64,000 nt of DNA. It comes from an uncultured Rickettsiales bacterium (lineage in GTDB: Bacteria; Pseudomonadota; Alphaproteobacteria; Rs-D84). The first letter of the stretch is position 1; each line of letters begins with the position of its first letter. A program made the translations under genes and the position numbers. The DNA lies in contig URSJ01000002.1 in the NCBI GenBank assembly GCA_900550495.1, forward strand, positions 570-64,569, in the 5' to 3' direction. Positions 38,981 through 49,191 of this stretch are shown here, piece by piece. The notes under the pieces are model-generated. The model worked only from the letters and a program-made list of their open reading frames with translations, searched no databases and had not been told where the DNA came from.

Positions 38981-40975
38981 TTACTCCACTAATAACAAAT
39001 CATCTTCCAGTTTATGGATTGCATCACGCAATTCAGCCGCATCTTCAAATTCCAGATTTTCTGCCGCCGTGCGCATTTTCTTGTTCAAATCTTTTATCTG
39101 TTTGCGAATACTGTCTGCATCCATAACGCCGCCTGATTTATCATATACAAACCGACGCGCCTTGTCTGTTTTGTCAGTCTTGTCGCCAACCTGGGCAAAT
39201 ATAGCCTTGGACACAGTAGTTGGTGTAATGCCATGTGCGGTGTTATATGCCATCTGCTTTTCCCGACGACGCGCCGTTTCGGTCAACGCCGCATTCATTG
39301 AATCCGTAATTTTATCAGCATACAGAATCACACGACCATTTGCATTACGCGCCGCACGACCAATTGTCTGAATCAGTGAACGCGTTGAACGCAAGAAACC
39401 CTCTTTATCCGCATCCATAATCGCAACCAACTCACATTCTGGCACGTCCAGCCCTTCGCGCAACAAATTGATACCAACCAAGACATCATATTTACCCAAT
39501 CGCAAATCACGCAATAATTCAATACGTTCCAGTGTCTCAATATCGCTGTGCAAGTATTTGGCCCGCACGCCATTTTCATTCAGGTAATCGGTCAATTGTT
39601 CGGCCATTTTCTTGGTCAGTGTTGTGACCAACACACGCCCCGATGTTTTCTTTATCTGGTCCAATAAATCATCAACCTGGTTTGCCGTCGGGCGCACATC
39701 ACAGACTGGATCAAGCAGTCCCGTTGGACGAATAACCTGCTCGGCCACGATGCCACCAGATTGGTTTAATTCCCATTCGGCTGGCGTCGCCGAAACAAAT
39801 ATCGTTTGCGGCCGCAACACGTCCCACTCGTCAAATGTCAACGGCCGGTTATCAATACATGCCGGCAGCCGGAAACCATACTGTGACAATGTTTCTTTGC
39901 GTGCGCGGTCACCACGTGACATCGCCGAAATCTGTGGCACAGTAACGTGACTTTCGTCAATAAATAAAACGGCATCACGTGGCAGATATTCAAACAGTGT
40001 TGGTGGCGGCATACCAGGCGCACGCCCAGATAAGTAACGCGAATAGTTTTCAATTCCACGACACGTCCCGGTTGATTCCATCATTTCAATGTCAAAATTC
40101 ACCCTTTCGCGCAGCCGCTGTTCTTCTATATACTTCATATTTTCATGAAAATATTTCAGACGTTCTTCTAAATCTGTTCTGATTTGACCGATTGCCTGTA
40201 ACACGCTGGGCATAGGTGTTGCATAATGCGTATTTGGATAAATCGCAATTCTGTCCAGTTTATGCAACTTTGCACCTGTCAGTGTATCAAATTCCCAAAT
40301 CTCTTCGATTTCATCGCCCCAAAACGACAGTTTCCATGCACGGTCTTGAGAATGCGACGGAAACACGTCCAACGTATCGCCACGGACGCGAAAATTACCA
40401 CGTTCAAACGCCATGTCATTACGTTTATATTGAATATCCACCAAGGCACGCATGACGTCCGATTGGCCTATCTTGTCACCTGTGCGCAAGACCAGTTTCA
40501 TACCAGAATACTGTTCTGGTGACCCCATACCATAAATTGACGATACAGACGATACAACAATAACATCGCGTTCTTCCAGCATAGCACGCGTCGCACTGTG
40601 CCGCATACGGTCCAATTGTTCATTGATAGACGCATCCTTGTCAATATATGTATCGGTGGTTGGCATATATGCCTCTGGCTGGTAATAATCATAATACGAC
40701 ACAAAGTATTCAACGTGATTGTGCGGAAAAAATGATTTCATTTCTGTATACAATTGCGCCGCCAAGATTTTATTCGGTGCCATAATCAACGCCGGTCGCG
40801 ACAATTCTGCGATAACATTTGCCATCGTGAACGTTTTGCCAGAACCCGTCACCCCCAACAATACCTGGGAACGTCGCCCATCACGAACACCGGCCACCAA
40901 TTCAGATATAGCCGCTGGCTGGTCCCCCATGGGGGCATAATTGCTTTCCAGTGAAAATATACTTTTTTTGTTCAC
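38981..40975 (-). CDS. uvrB: Excinuclease ABC subunit B
   Basis: The motifs [12 protein letters not shown], the beta-hairpin region, DESHVTVPQ and the helicase motifs are present. The C-terminal UVR domain reads [17 protein letters not shown]. Confidence 0.95.
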   Translation of the reverse strand: MNKKSIFSLESNYAPMGDQPAAISELVAGVRDGRRSQVLLGVTGSGKTFTMANVIAELSRPALIMAPNKILAAQLYTEMKSFFPHNHVEYFVSYYDYYQPEAYMPTTDTYIDKDASINEQLDRMRHSATRAMLEERDVIVVSSVSSIYGMGSPEQYSGMKLVLRTGDKIGQSDVMRALVDIQYKRNDMAFERGNFRVRGDTLDVFPSHSQDRAWKLSFWGDEIEEIWEFDTLTGAKLHKLDRIAIYPNTHYATPMPSVLQAIGQIRTDLEERLKYFHENMKYIEEQRLRERVNFDIEMMESTGTCRGIENYSRYLSGRAPGMPPPTLFEYLPRDAVLFIDESHVTVPQISAMSRGDRARKETLSQYGFRLPACIDNRPLTFDEWDVLRPQTIFVSATPAEWELNQSGGIVAEQVIRPTGLLDPVCDVRPTANQVDDLLDQIKKTSGRVLVTTLTKKMAEQLTDYLNENGVRAKYLHSDIETLERIELLRDLRLGKYDVLVGINLLREGLDVPECELVAIMDADKEGFLRSTRSLIQTIGRAARNANGRVILYADKITDSMNAALTETARRREKQMAYNTAHGITPTTVSKAIFAQVGDKTDKTDKARRFVYDKSGGVMDADSIRKQIKDLNKKMRTAAENLEFEDAAELRDAIHKLEDDLLLVE

Positions 40976-41021
40976 ACTATTATTCTAATCCATTATAATC
41001 AAATTACAAGGGCAGAGAGAA

Positions 41022-43496
41022 ATGGCATTAAAACCCAGATATAAACGCAGAATTTTATGGACAGCTGTATTTATCACAACGGCTGGGGCATTGGCGTTGG
41101 TCATTGTTCCGCCAATGATAACGATAAACAACATGCGCCCAAAGATTGCCGCGGCCATATATCAACAGACCGGCATAAACGCCCAAATTGACGGCAATAT
41201 TCATTTCAGCCTGCTGGGGCGTGTAACAATCGTTGCACATGATGTCACCGTGCCGATGGGCCATATCGACGCCGTTATGTTTTCTGTGCCAATAACAGAC
41301 ATATTTAACTTAGACAATGCGTCATTACAGGGCCGAATTGGGATTCATGGCGCAAAACTGAATATAGAATCGTTAGCGGCCCCCGATTTTAACAACGCCG
41401 TTGATATATATAATTCCGTCGTGACGTTTCATGACAAGGATTATGATATTGTGCGTGCACGTTTGACCAATGGTGGTCTGACGGGAACTGTCCGCACAAA
41501 TGATCACAAATATGATTTTGAATTTTTAGACGACGAATTTGTAATAAAAAATCGTAATAACAAACTGGAAATTACGGGTATGTTATTTTCAGACGGAACG
41601 GCGCGTGGCCATCTGGACATAGATACACCAAACATAAACAAGTGGTTTGAATTCTCATACCCACGTATTGATGTGCCTGTAAAATTGAGTATGAATTTCG
41701 CATGGGACGGCGAATACGGTTTTGAATTTACCGATATAAAATCAGACCACTTTTCTGGTGATATAAAAATCTTGCCTGATGGTGCACGTGAAATCAATTT
41801 GACGGCCAATGACCTGGATTATGATTTTACATTTTTAACTAACCCATCAAATATATTTTATCGCACAACATTTAATTTAGACTTACACGGAAAATTAAAA
41901 CTTGCCGGGCACGAATTCCAACATCTGAAAATAAATGCAATTGGCGATAAAAAATTGGTTCAAATATCAAACATTATTGCTGATGATGTTGCGGTCACAG
42001 GTGGCACAATTGATGCAAGTGGCGCATATAATGTTCTGGTAACAATGCCTGTGGACGGAATCCAGACAATGTGCTTATTTTCTGGCACACCGGAAAAATG
42101 GCAATGCTCAAAGTTTTCATATGGCGATATTTCCGGAACATTGTCAGTAGATAACGGGACATTTAACGCATCAATTCGCGCACCAGGCAAAATGCCAAAC
42201 GCTGACAAATTAGTCCGCGCGGTGCGACGTCTGGGCAAAAACGGAAAACTGGAATTTCAATTCAATGACATAGCCGGCGTATTTAACATAACACCAAAAT
42301 CCGTCGATGCATCATATTCATTTGCGCGTAATCAAACATTGCGTTGGGCGGTGCCAGACTTTAAATTCTTGCCTGATTTTATGCTAAATACCACAGGCGA
42401 CATGAAATGGTCTGATGGCGCGATGGCGTTTATTCCGCGTGGCGCAAAATGGAAAATATCCATGACGGATAAAACATTTCTGCTCTCTGGCGATAATTTC
42501 AAGGACGTAATACCGAATGTTGACCTGCAATCATTAAACAACGCGCCATATACAGTATCCGGCACATACAGCGGCCGCAACATATCAAATATGGACGTCA
42601 CAATCGGCACCCAAAAATTTAGTGGCAGCCTCAGTGGCCGCAACGTTACCCTGCGCACTGCATTATTAAACGCCGACGCATTTGCGAACCAGAATTATAT
42701 TGATAATTATGATGAATTAGAATTTCTGACAGCCGCACCAATAACATTGCCATTTGAATTACCGGTGGATATTTCTTTAACAGCAGACACACTTATTTAT
42801 AACGGTAATGAATACAAGAATTTTATATACGCCCTGAAATCAAACACCCAGACGTTTTCAATCACAGACGCGTCGCGTGGAAATCTGTTGGCCACATTGC
42901 GCAAGGACGCATCAAAATACGACATCGATATTCAATTAAATAAATTTGTAATCAATGGATATCTGTTATCACGCATAATGCCACTGAATATCCGCGACAC
43001 AATGATTACAGCTGAAATTTCATTACAGACCAATGGTCACATCGCACACGATATATGGTATAACCTGGCCGGAGACATGGATTTGTCGTTTTACGGCGGA
43101 TATATTATTGGATTAGGGTTTGATGAATTCTATGCGTCTGCAGACCAGATAAACACCTTTAATGCCGAATATGCATTAGCCGACGCATTGACCAGTGGCG
43201 AAACCGCAATAAAGAAAATGCGTATTGTTGGTAAATACACCAATGGTAATTTTATAACTGCGCAACCATTTACGTTGCAAATGCGCCACGTTGATGCGTA
43301 TGGTGATTTTGATATTGAAAACGCGCATATGACTGTCATGTTAAATATGACAATGCGGGGAACGGCGCCAACCCCAGCACCAGTTCGCCTGACTATATCG
43401 CCAGACGGCACACGTAATTATTCATTGACTGAAATTATGACAAATTTCGATTCCAGTTTTATGCGCCAATTTATAAAAACACACGATAAATTTTAG
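41022..43496 (+). CDS. AsmA-family outer-membrane biogenesis protein
   Basis: The 824-aa protein has an N-terminal anchor (ILWTAVFITTAGALALVIV) and a long repetitive beta-rich body, as in AsmA/TamB-like proteins. Confidence 0.5.
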   Translation: MALKPRYKRRILWTAVFITTAGALALVIVPPMITINNMRPKIAAAIYQQTGINAQIDGNIHFSLLGRVTIVAHDVTVPMGHIDAVMFSVPITDIFNLDNASLQGRIGIHGAKLNIESLAAPDFNNAVDIYNSVVTFHDKDYDIVRARLTNGGLTGTVRTNDHKYDFEFLDDEFVIKNRNNKLEITGMLFSDGTARGHLDIDTPNINKWFEFSYPRIDVPVKLSMNFAWDGEYGFEFTDIKSDHFSGDIKILPDGAREINLTANDLDYDFTFLTNPSNIFYRTTFNLDLHGKLKLAGHEFQHLKINAIGDKKLVQISNIIADDVAVTGGTIDASGAYNVLVTMPVDGIQTMCLFSGTPEKWQCSKFSYGDISGTLSVDNGTFNASIRAPGKMPNADKLVRAVRRLGKNGKLEFQFNDIAGVFNITPKSVDASYSFARNQTLRWAVPDFKFLPDFMLNTTGDMKWSDGAMAFIPRGAKWKISMTDKTFLLSGDNFKDVIPNVDLQSLNNAPYTVSGTYSGRNISNMDVTIGTQKFSGSLSGRNVTLRTALLNADAFANQNYIDNYDELEFLTAAPITLPFELPVDISLTADTLIYNGNEYKNFIYALKSNTQTFSITDASRGNLLATLRKDASKYDIDIQLNKFVINGYLLSRIMPLNIRDTMITAEISLQTNGHIAHDIWYNLAGDMDLSFYGGYIIGLGFDEFYASADQINTFNAEYALADALTSGETAIKKMRIVGKYTNGNFITAQPFTLQMRHVDAYGDFDIENAHMTVMLNMTMRGTAPTPAPVRLTISPDGTRNYSLTEIMTNFDSSFMRQFIKTHDKF

Positions 43497-43933
43497 TGTC
43501 GATTTTTCTGGGTCAAATGACGCCGAACATATTCAGCAGAAACCGATTGTCCATTTTTATCAGCCCAGTATTGATATTGTCCAACCCGAACGCAGTGCAA
43601 TCCATCGGCCATAAATTTTATGCGGCGCACCGCTTGTAACAAGATTTTATCGCGCCCAATCAAATCAGCACGTCGCCCGAATAATATGCGGCGAACATAA
43701 TGGACAATACCTGGCCCATCAGACGCGCTGCGTGGCACATACAAAACCCCGCCCCGTTTTACCAATCCAGTCATATCATATTGATGACGTCGCGTACGCA
43801 AGACGTGCGCCTGGTATTCCGTTAAATTCAATGTTGCGACCAGTTTATCTATATCCGCCTGCATTTTTTCCCACCGTTCCTGTGAAAGGATTATACATGT
43901 CTGAACCACAGATTTTAATAGGTTTGATTTCAT
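43493..43933 (-). CDS. Hypothetical basic 146-aa protein
   Basis: The ORF is convergent with asmA and overlaps its stop by 4 nt. No family was recognised. Confidence 0.35.
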   Translation of the reverse strand: MKSNLLKSVVQTCIILSQERWEKMQADIDKLVATLNLTEYQAHVLRTRRHQYDMTGLVKRGGVLYVPRSASDGPGIVHYVRRILFGRRADLIGRDKILLQAVRRIKFMADGLHCVRVGQYQYWADKNGQSVSAEYVRRHLTQKNRH

Positions 43934-43981
43934 ACAAAAAATCAGCCCGCAAACGCGGGCTGAATAAACACAAACAATTAT

Positions 43982-45751
43982 TTAGTTTTTTTTGCGAACC
44001 TGGATATGGTCTTCGCGCAGTTGTTGTTCTGTGACCGGCGACGGCGACCCCATCATTAAATCCTGGCCACGCTGGTTGGTTGGGAACAACACAACCTCGC
44101 GCAAATTCGGTTCGCGACGCATAATCTGAACCAATCGGTCAATACCGAACGCACACCCACCGTGCGGTGGCGCACCGTATTGGAACGCGGTATACATTCC
44201 ACCGAACTTTTCTTTAACCGTTTCTTCGTCGTATCCCGTAATGTCAAAACATTTAACCATAATCTCTGGATTAAAGTTACGCAAACCACCACTGCAAATT
44301 TCGGCACCATTTAATACCATGTCAAACTGAGCTGCCTTGATTGACAATGGGTCGCGTGTATTCAATTCGTCCAATGTCGCCATCGGGAACGAGAACGGAT
44401 TATGTGTAAACGCGATTCCTGTCGGTGATTCTGGGTCTGCTTCAAAGAATGGGAATTCTTCTATCCAGCACAGACGGAAATCATTTGGGTCAATCAAGCC
44501 TAAATCTTCGCCCAATTTATTGCGCAATTTGCCCGCCGCCTTGGCTGCATTATCTGCCACGTCACAGACAAAGAACAACGATGCGTTGTCGCCCGCGATT
44601 TCATGCAGTTTTGCGATACGGTCTGCGTCCAGTTTCTTGGCAACGGGGCCTTTGGCCTCGCCCGCAAAGACGATATAACCCAGTCCGCCCAAGCCTAATT
44701 CCTTGACCGCATAATCACCTAGTTTGTCAAACCAACTACGTGATTTATCCGCCGAATTCGGTGCCGGAATCGCGCGAACAACTGCGCCGCCTTCAATCGC
44801 ATTTGCAAAGATTCCAAAATCAGACCCACGGAAAATGTCCGTCACATCAGATATGATAATCGGATTGCGCAAATCTGGTTTATCCGAACCATATTTCAAC
44901 ATCGCTTCATCAAATGGGATATGCGGAATATCCGGACATACATTTGCACCTGGGACGAATTCGCGAATAATCGCCGGCATCAATTCATTACCCACCGCCT
45001 GAATATCCGGCAAATCAACAAACGACATTTCCATATCCAACTGGTAAAATTCCAGCAAACGGTCTGCACGCAAATCTTCGTCACGGAAACACGGCGCAAT
45101 TTGGAAATAGCGGTCAAATCCGGAAATCTGAATCAACTGTTTAAACTGTTGCGGTGCCTGGGGCAATGCATAGAACATACCGTGATGATTACGTGACGGC
45201 ACGATAAAGTCACGTGCACCTTCTGGACTGGATACGGTCAAAATCGGCGTCTGGAATTCAGAAAATCCCATTTCCCACATTTTGTCGCGCATAAATTTAA
45301 TCATACGATTGCGGAACAAAATATTTTGGTGCAATGATTCACGACGCAAATCAATATAGCGGTATTTTAAACGCAAATCTTCGGCCACAGTATCATCATC
45401 GCCAAACACCTGGAACGGCAAAACATTTGCACTGGTCAACACGTCCCATTTTGTGGCCTGAATTTCAATGGCGCCGGTTGGAATTTTATCATTGACCGCA
45501 GACGCGTCACGCGCAACAACCGTGCCAGTAATTTGAATCACAGATTCTGGACGCACGCGTTCCAGTGCCTCGTCCCCACCGTCAAACACACACTGGGTAA
45601 TTCCATAATTATCGCGCAGGTCAATAAACAGCAATGACCCGTGGTCACGCTTGCGATGAACCCAGCCCGACAGCACAACAGTTTGCCCGACATTGGACGC
45701 ATTTAATTCGCCACACGTATGCGTTCTGTATTTAGATTTTAATGATACCAT
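43982..45751 (-). CDS. aspS: Aspartate--tRNA ligase
   Basis: The N-terminus YRTHTCGELNASNVGQTVVLSGWVHRKRDHGSLLFIDLRD forms the OB fold. Class II motifs are present (FRDEDLRADR, GGLRNF, GCAFGIDRL). I placed the start at MVSLKS. Confidence 0.93.
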   Translation of the reverse strand: MVSLKSKYRTHTCGELNASNVGQTVVLSGWVHRKRDHGSLLFIDLRDNYGITQCVFDGGDEALERVRPESVIQITGTVVARDASAVNDKIPTGAIEIQATKWDVLTSANVLPFQVFGDDDTVAEDLRLKYRYIDLRRESLHQNILFRNRMIKFMRDKMWEMGFSEFQTPILTVSSPEGARDFIVPSRNHHGMFYALPQAPQQFKQLIQISGFDRYFQIAPCFRDEDLRADRLLEFYQLDMEMSFVDLPDIQAVGNELMPAIIREFVPGANVCPDIPHIPFDEAMLKYGSDKPDLRNPIIISDVTDIFRGSDFGIFANAIEGGAVVRAIPAPNSADKSRSWFDKLGDYAVKELGLGGLGYIVFAGEAKGPVAKKLDADRIAKLHEIAGDNASLFFVCDVADNAAKAAGKLRNKLGEDLGLIDPNDFRLCWIEEFPFFEADPESPTGIAFTHNPFSFPMATLDELNTRDPLSIKAAQFDMVLNGAEICSGGLRNFNPEIMVKCFDITGYDEETVKEKFGGMYTAFQYGAPPHGGCAFGIDRLVQIMRREPNLREVVLFPTNQRGQDLMMGSPSPVTEQQLREDHIQVRKKN

Positions 45752-46025
45752 TTTGGTCCCTTTTTGTTTTATTCCCCAGGTGCCAAAATAATGATTGATT
45801 GAATTCGGCACCCAAATGATTTTCACAGGGGCGCGGAATCCGCGCGGTGCCACCCTGAATTTATATCTTTGCCCGGGTTTTGATTATTCCGTGGTTGTCA
45901 GTCACATCAACACAATCGCGCCCATAAAAATTCAGCAATTATAAGATACACATCTTATATCTAATCTAATTACTGACGTAAATACTATAATGAAACTATA
46001 CAAAAAGCAAGAATTATTAGTGATA

Positions 46026-47051
46026 TTAAACTAAACCGCACCTTTTTAGATGTTCGTAGGCCCTTTCTATATCAACTTTAGACATAATAGCTTTTTTTCT
46101 ATCATTCCACGAATGAACATAATCCGCAACATCATCTTCTGATTTTATGTTTTCATGAGTACAAACCCAATGAACCGTACCCAATAATTCCATTCCGAAT
46201 GTGGTTTCATAACCATAAATTATCTTTTTTACTTTATCGACAGCATTAGAAAGATTAGGTCTTTGACTTATATATTTATTAACCTCTTCCAAAGCACCAG
46301 GAACAACATCAATATGGTGACGCTCATGTCCATCACCTATACCGGTAAGATAAGTTCCAGACATATCATATAACGCATTATTCAACTGAGGGAAATACGG
46401 ACCATAGGTATGTTTTATATAACGATTTATTATATCCTGTCTATCAAGAACCAACCCTATAAAATAAGTCAGTTTCTGTGCTTCGATATTTCCAAGCTCG
46501 TACATTCTGTCCATAGCTGTATTATAGATGTAAACACACTTTATAAAAACCGCACGAAAATCATTTAACGAAACCTTTGTTGCGTGTTTTATTTCATTAA
46601 ATCTTACACCAGGTTCAAAAACCAATACTTCGGCATCAACATCCGCTAAGTATTTAATAATTATTTTTTTTACATCTATCCAATCTAATCCACCATTTCC
46701 TGCCCCTAGCGGCGGAATGGCAATTGACTTTATCTTATACTCCATCAAAACACGTTTTAAATCCATCAAACCTTTCTCTATATAGTCCACATCGGATTTT
46801 CCACGCCAATGCTTCTTTGTAGGAAAATTTATGATATAATTAGGTTTCAATAGACCATTTTTTGTCACAAACATTTTTCCTGTAACCACCATACCTAAAT
46901 TACAAGCACGCTTATATAATTTGTAATTTTCTGGATACTTTTCACGAAATTGCAGGGCAATCCCTTTACCCATAATACCAACACAATTGACGGTATTCAC
47001 AACCGCCTCAACATCCGCTTTAAAAATATCACCATTTTGTATAAATTTCAT
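46026..47051 (-). CDS. darG: DarG-like antitoxin: N-terminal macrodomain plus C-terminal DarT-associated domain
   Basis: The macrodomain motifs VNTVNCVGIMGKGIALQF and IAIPPLGAGNGGLDW are followed by a C-terminal extension of about 190 aa. The ATG overlaps the darT stop (TGATG). Confidence 0.75.
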   Translation of the reverse strand: MKFIQNGDIFKADVEAVVNTVNCVGIMGKGIALQFREKYPENYKLYKRACNLGMVVTGKMFVTKNGLLKPNYIINFPTKKHWRGKSDVDYIEKGLMDLKRVLMEYKIKSIAIPPLGAGNGGLDWIDVKKIIIKYLADVDAEVLVFEPGVRFNEIKHATKVSLNDFRAVFIKCVYIYNTAMDRMYELGNIEAQKLTYFIGLVLDRQDIINRYIKHTYGPYFPQLNNALYDMSGTYLTGIGDGHERHHIDVVPGALEEVNKYISQRPNLSNAVDKVKKIIYGYETTFGMELLGTVHWVCTHENIKSEDDVADYVHSWNDRKKAIMSKVDIERAYEHLKRCGLV

Positions 47052-47761
47052 CAAAAATACCAATCTGATCTTATCTCTATTGTAATATTTATGCCATGAC
47101 CGTGCAATAAATTTTCTACAAGCTCTTTCTTTTCTTGGTTTTTAACTACAATCATACAGATTTTATCAATAGGAACTTGCGAAAGCACCAAAAATTCTGC
47201 CAATCTTGCTTCCTTGCGTTTCACATACCTCGGATCCATATCATTATTCAGAAAATATTTACAATAGCCACAAAAAGGAGAACTCGGTTTGGGGAAATGA
47301 GGTTCTCCGCAAATTAAATCCCAGCACACTTTATCCAGCTTTGTTAACTCATTATAAAAACTAGCATATGTAACTATAGCTTGATAATCAGTAAATACAA
47401 ATTGCAGATCCCTAAGATTATCCACGGAAGATACAAGATATACAAAATTATCCTGATCAGTTTCTTCAGCTTCTGGAACATTATTATGAGTAATAGAATA
47501 TAGCATAGGCGATCTCGGAGCAAAATAAAACGGGACATAGTCATGCAATGTCTTTCCTGTCTCCCCAACAAAAGTTACGGCTCGTTTACGCTGAATATTA
47601 TCACAAGCTATATTAACTGACTTAACATTTTCAAGACGTAATACATTCTTTGCCTTTATCGCACCTGAGACAAAAATACTTTCTAAATTTCCAAACGCCG
47701 TGAAGTGAAACAAAAAAATAGGGTTAGGAATAAACGCCACAACAGCACCTCCAATCTGCAC
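47051..47761 (-). CDS. darT: DarT-like (DUF4433) ssDNA ADP-ribosyltransferase toxin
   Basis: The motifs LFHFTAFGNLESIFVSGAI, DYVPFYFAPRSPMLY and RLAEFLVL (conserved Glu) are present. It starts at GTG 47761, or at GTG 47740, which lies 7 nt after GGAGG. Confidence 0.75.
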   Translation of the reverse strand: MQIGGAVVAFIPNPIFLFHFTAFGNLESIFVSGAIKAKNVLRLENVKSVNIACDNIQRKRAVTFVGETGKTLHDYVPFYFAPRSPMLYSITHNNVPEAEETDQDNFVYLVSSVDNLRDLQFVFTDYQAIVTYASFYNELTKLDKVCWDLICGEPHFPKPSSPFCGYCKYFLNNDMDPRYVKRKEARLAEFLVLSQVPIDKICMIVVKNQEKKELVENLLHGHGINITIEIRSDWYF

Positions 47762-47861
47762 CTAAATACTAACATATAATTTACAAAAATCAATAAACTG
47801 ATTGCTTTTTTAAGCAAATTTGCTTACTATGAAACCGTTATCAATTTTAAGGACAAATAAA

Positions 47862-48299
47862 ATGAAAAAACTCGTTTTCTTATTTTCTGTAATAATTCTG
47901 TGCTCATGCGTTCAACCTGTGCAATACCCATACACAGGCACAAAAACAGTTACTGGCCAGGGCGGTTTTTTACAAACATTTGTTCCTGCAGAAAATATAG
48001 GACATTCCATATTTGAAGATAGTCACAACTATGAATATGATGGGGTTGCCTTCTTTGTTTCTGGCTTGCCTGTCGGTGAAAAATGCACATTAAAGGGATA
48101 CATTGCCGGGTCTAATCCCATACAAATTGCTAAACACGCACTAAAAATGAACGCTAATGTTGCGACAAAATCAACCGTTCGTTTTCCAATAAGCTTTGAC
48201 ACCGGTGGTCAATTAGATGGCGTTGGAACCGCCGATGATTGGTATAATGCATACGGCAGCAAAGTTGCCAAAGGCTACAACATATTTGAATGCAAATAA
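47862..48299 (+). CDS. Small lipoprotein, unknown function (DarTG islet)
   Basis: The signal peptide and lipobox read MKKLVFLFSVIILCSC. An AAGGA site precedes the ATG. The composition is AT-rich. Confidence 0.5.
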   Translation: MKKLVFLFSVIILCSCVQPVQYPYTGTKTVTGQGGFLQTFVPAENIGHSIFEDSHNYEYDGVAFFVSGLPVGEKCTLKGYIAGSNPIQIAKHALKMNANVATKSTVRFPISFDTGGQLDGVGTADDWYNAYGSKVAKGYNIFECK

Positions 48300-48994
48300 A
48301 GACGCTCAAAATGAAACGTTATTTCCTGTTTATAACCATAGTTTCCGCCATATACGCCGTAATAAAGATGTTGTTTTTCACTCCCGACACAATTGCGAAA
48401 GTCATGGTTGTTGACCACTATCAACACATTACGGAAATAGAACACTTTGTAAACTGGGACATAGATGCAGTATCTGTATCAACTGCAAATATCTCACAAT
48501 CACAACGTCTACAGTACAATAAATTGATGTCCGACCCAAAATATAGAAAAATTGCACAAAACGCATTTACACAAGATGCAAATACGTTTTATCATAAAAG
48601 CAGCGGTCAACAATTCCAAAACACTTTCCGTCGTTTGCTTGCCACGCCTTTTGATAGAAATATAAATTTAGCGATAAATTTGGCACGAGTGGAAAAATAT
48701 GCTCCCACAAGTAAAAAGTATATCAATGCACATATTGAACTGGAGGACCAATGGAAAAATCTGGTTTATACTGCAAAAGTACTACCCCAAGGAAATCCAC
48801 AAGATTACAAATCACTCAGCGCAATAACGGCAAATGGACTTTATTCTTTTGTTGAATCATTTATTATTGGAACTTTCACGTGTGGACTAGGTACAATTGC
48901 AATTTTAGGAATGGACTTTTATAGCCGTCCAAAACTAAACCGCATCATACGGCACATATTCACCACAAATGATTTTACTCTATCAGCTTATTGA
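48290..48994 (+). CDS. Membrane protein with N- and C-terminal TM helices, unknown function (alternative start 48311)
   Basis: The TM helices are YFLFITIVSAIYAVIKMLFF and FIIGTFTCGLGTIAILGM. The soluble middle region matched no motif I recognise. Confidence 0.45.
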   Translation: MQIKTLKMKRYFLFITIVSAIYAVIKMLFFTPDTIAKVMVVDHYQHITEIEHFVNWDIDAVSVSTANISQSQRLQYNKLMSDPKYRKIAQNAFTQDANTFYHKSSGQQFQNTFRRLLATPFDRNINLAINLARVEKYAPTSKKYINAHIELEDQWKNLVYTAKVLPQGNPQDYKSLSAITANGLYSFVESFIIGTFTCGLGTIAILGMDFYSRPKLNRIIRHIFTTNDFTLSAY

Positions 48995-49032
48995 ACTAAT
49001 TAAAACCAAACGCAAAGTAGATGGTGCATTTC

Positions 49033-49106
49033 TGGTGCCCTAAGCAAGAATCGGACTTGCGACTCGTCCTTACCAAGGACGTGTTTTACCACTAGACTAT
49101 TAGGGC
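49033..49106 (-). tRNA. tRNA-Thr (GGU), slightly degenerate
   Basis: The acceptor stem is GCCCUAA/UUAGGGC. The anticodon stem is CGUCC/GGACG with loop UUGGUAA. The T-arm is GCAAG-UCCGAUU-CUUGC and CCA is encoded. There is C at T-loop position 55 and one D-stem mismatch. Confidence 0.7.
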
Positions 49107-49191
49107 GATTTACTATTGCCCGGCAATTATACGGTATTGCACATAAAAATCAAGAATAAAAAATGCCCGCATACTGCCAAGTAGAAATCCC

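Noticed and set aside
45752-45853. A 34-codon N-terminal extension of the aspS ORF.
   Set aside because: AspRS homology begins at MVSLKSKYRTHTCGEL. The extension covers the structured leader and lacks a ribosome-binding context.
45840-45860. A possible left-border direct repeat of the tRNA-Thr 3' end for the DarTG islet (cggtgccaccctgaa versus tggtgccctaag).
   Set aside because: The match is limited to about 8 scattered bases, which is not convincing as an att site. The islet's left boundary remains undefined.
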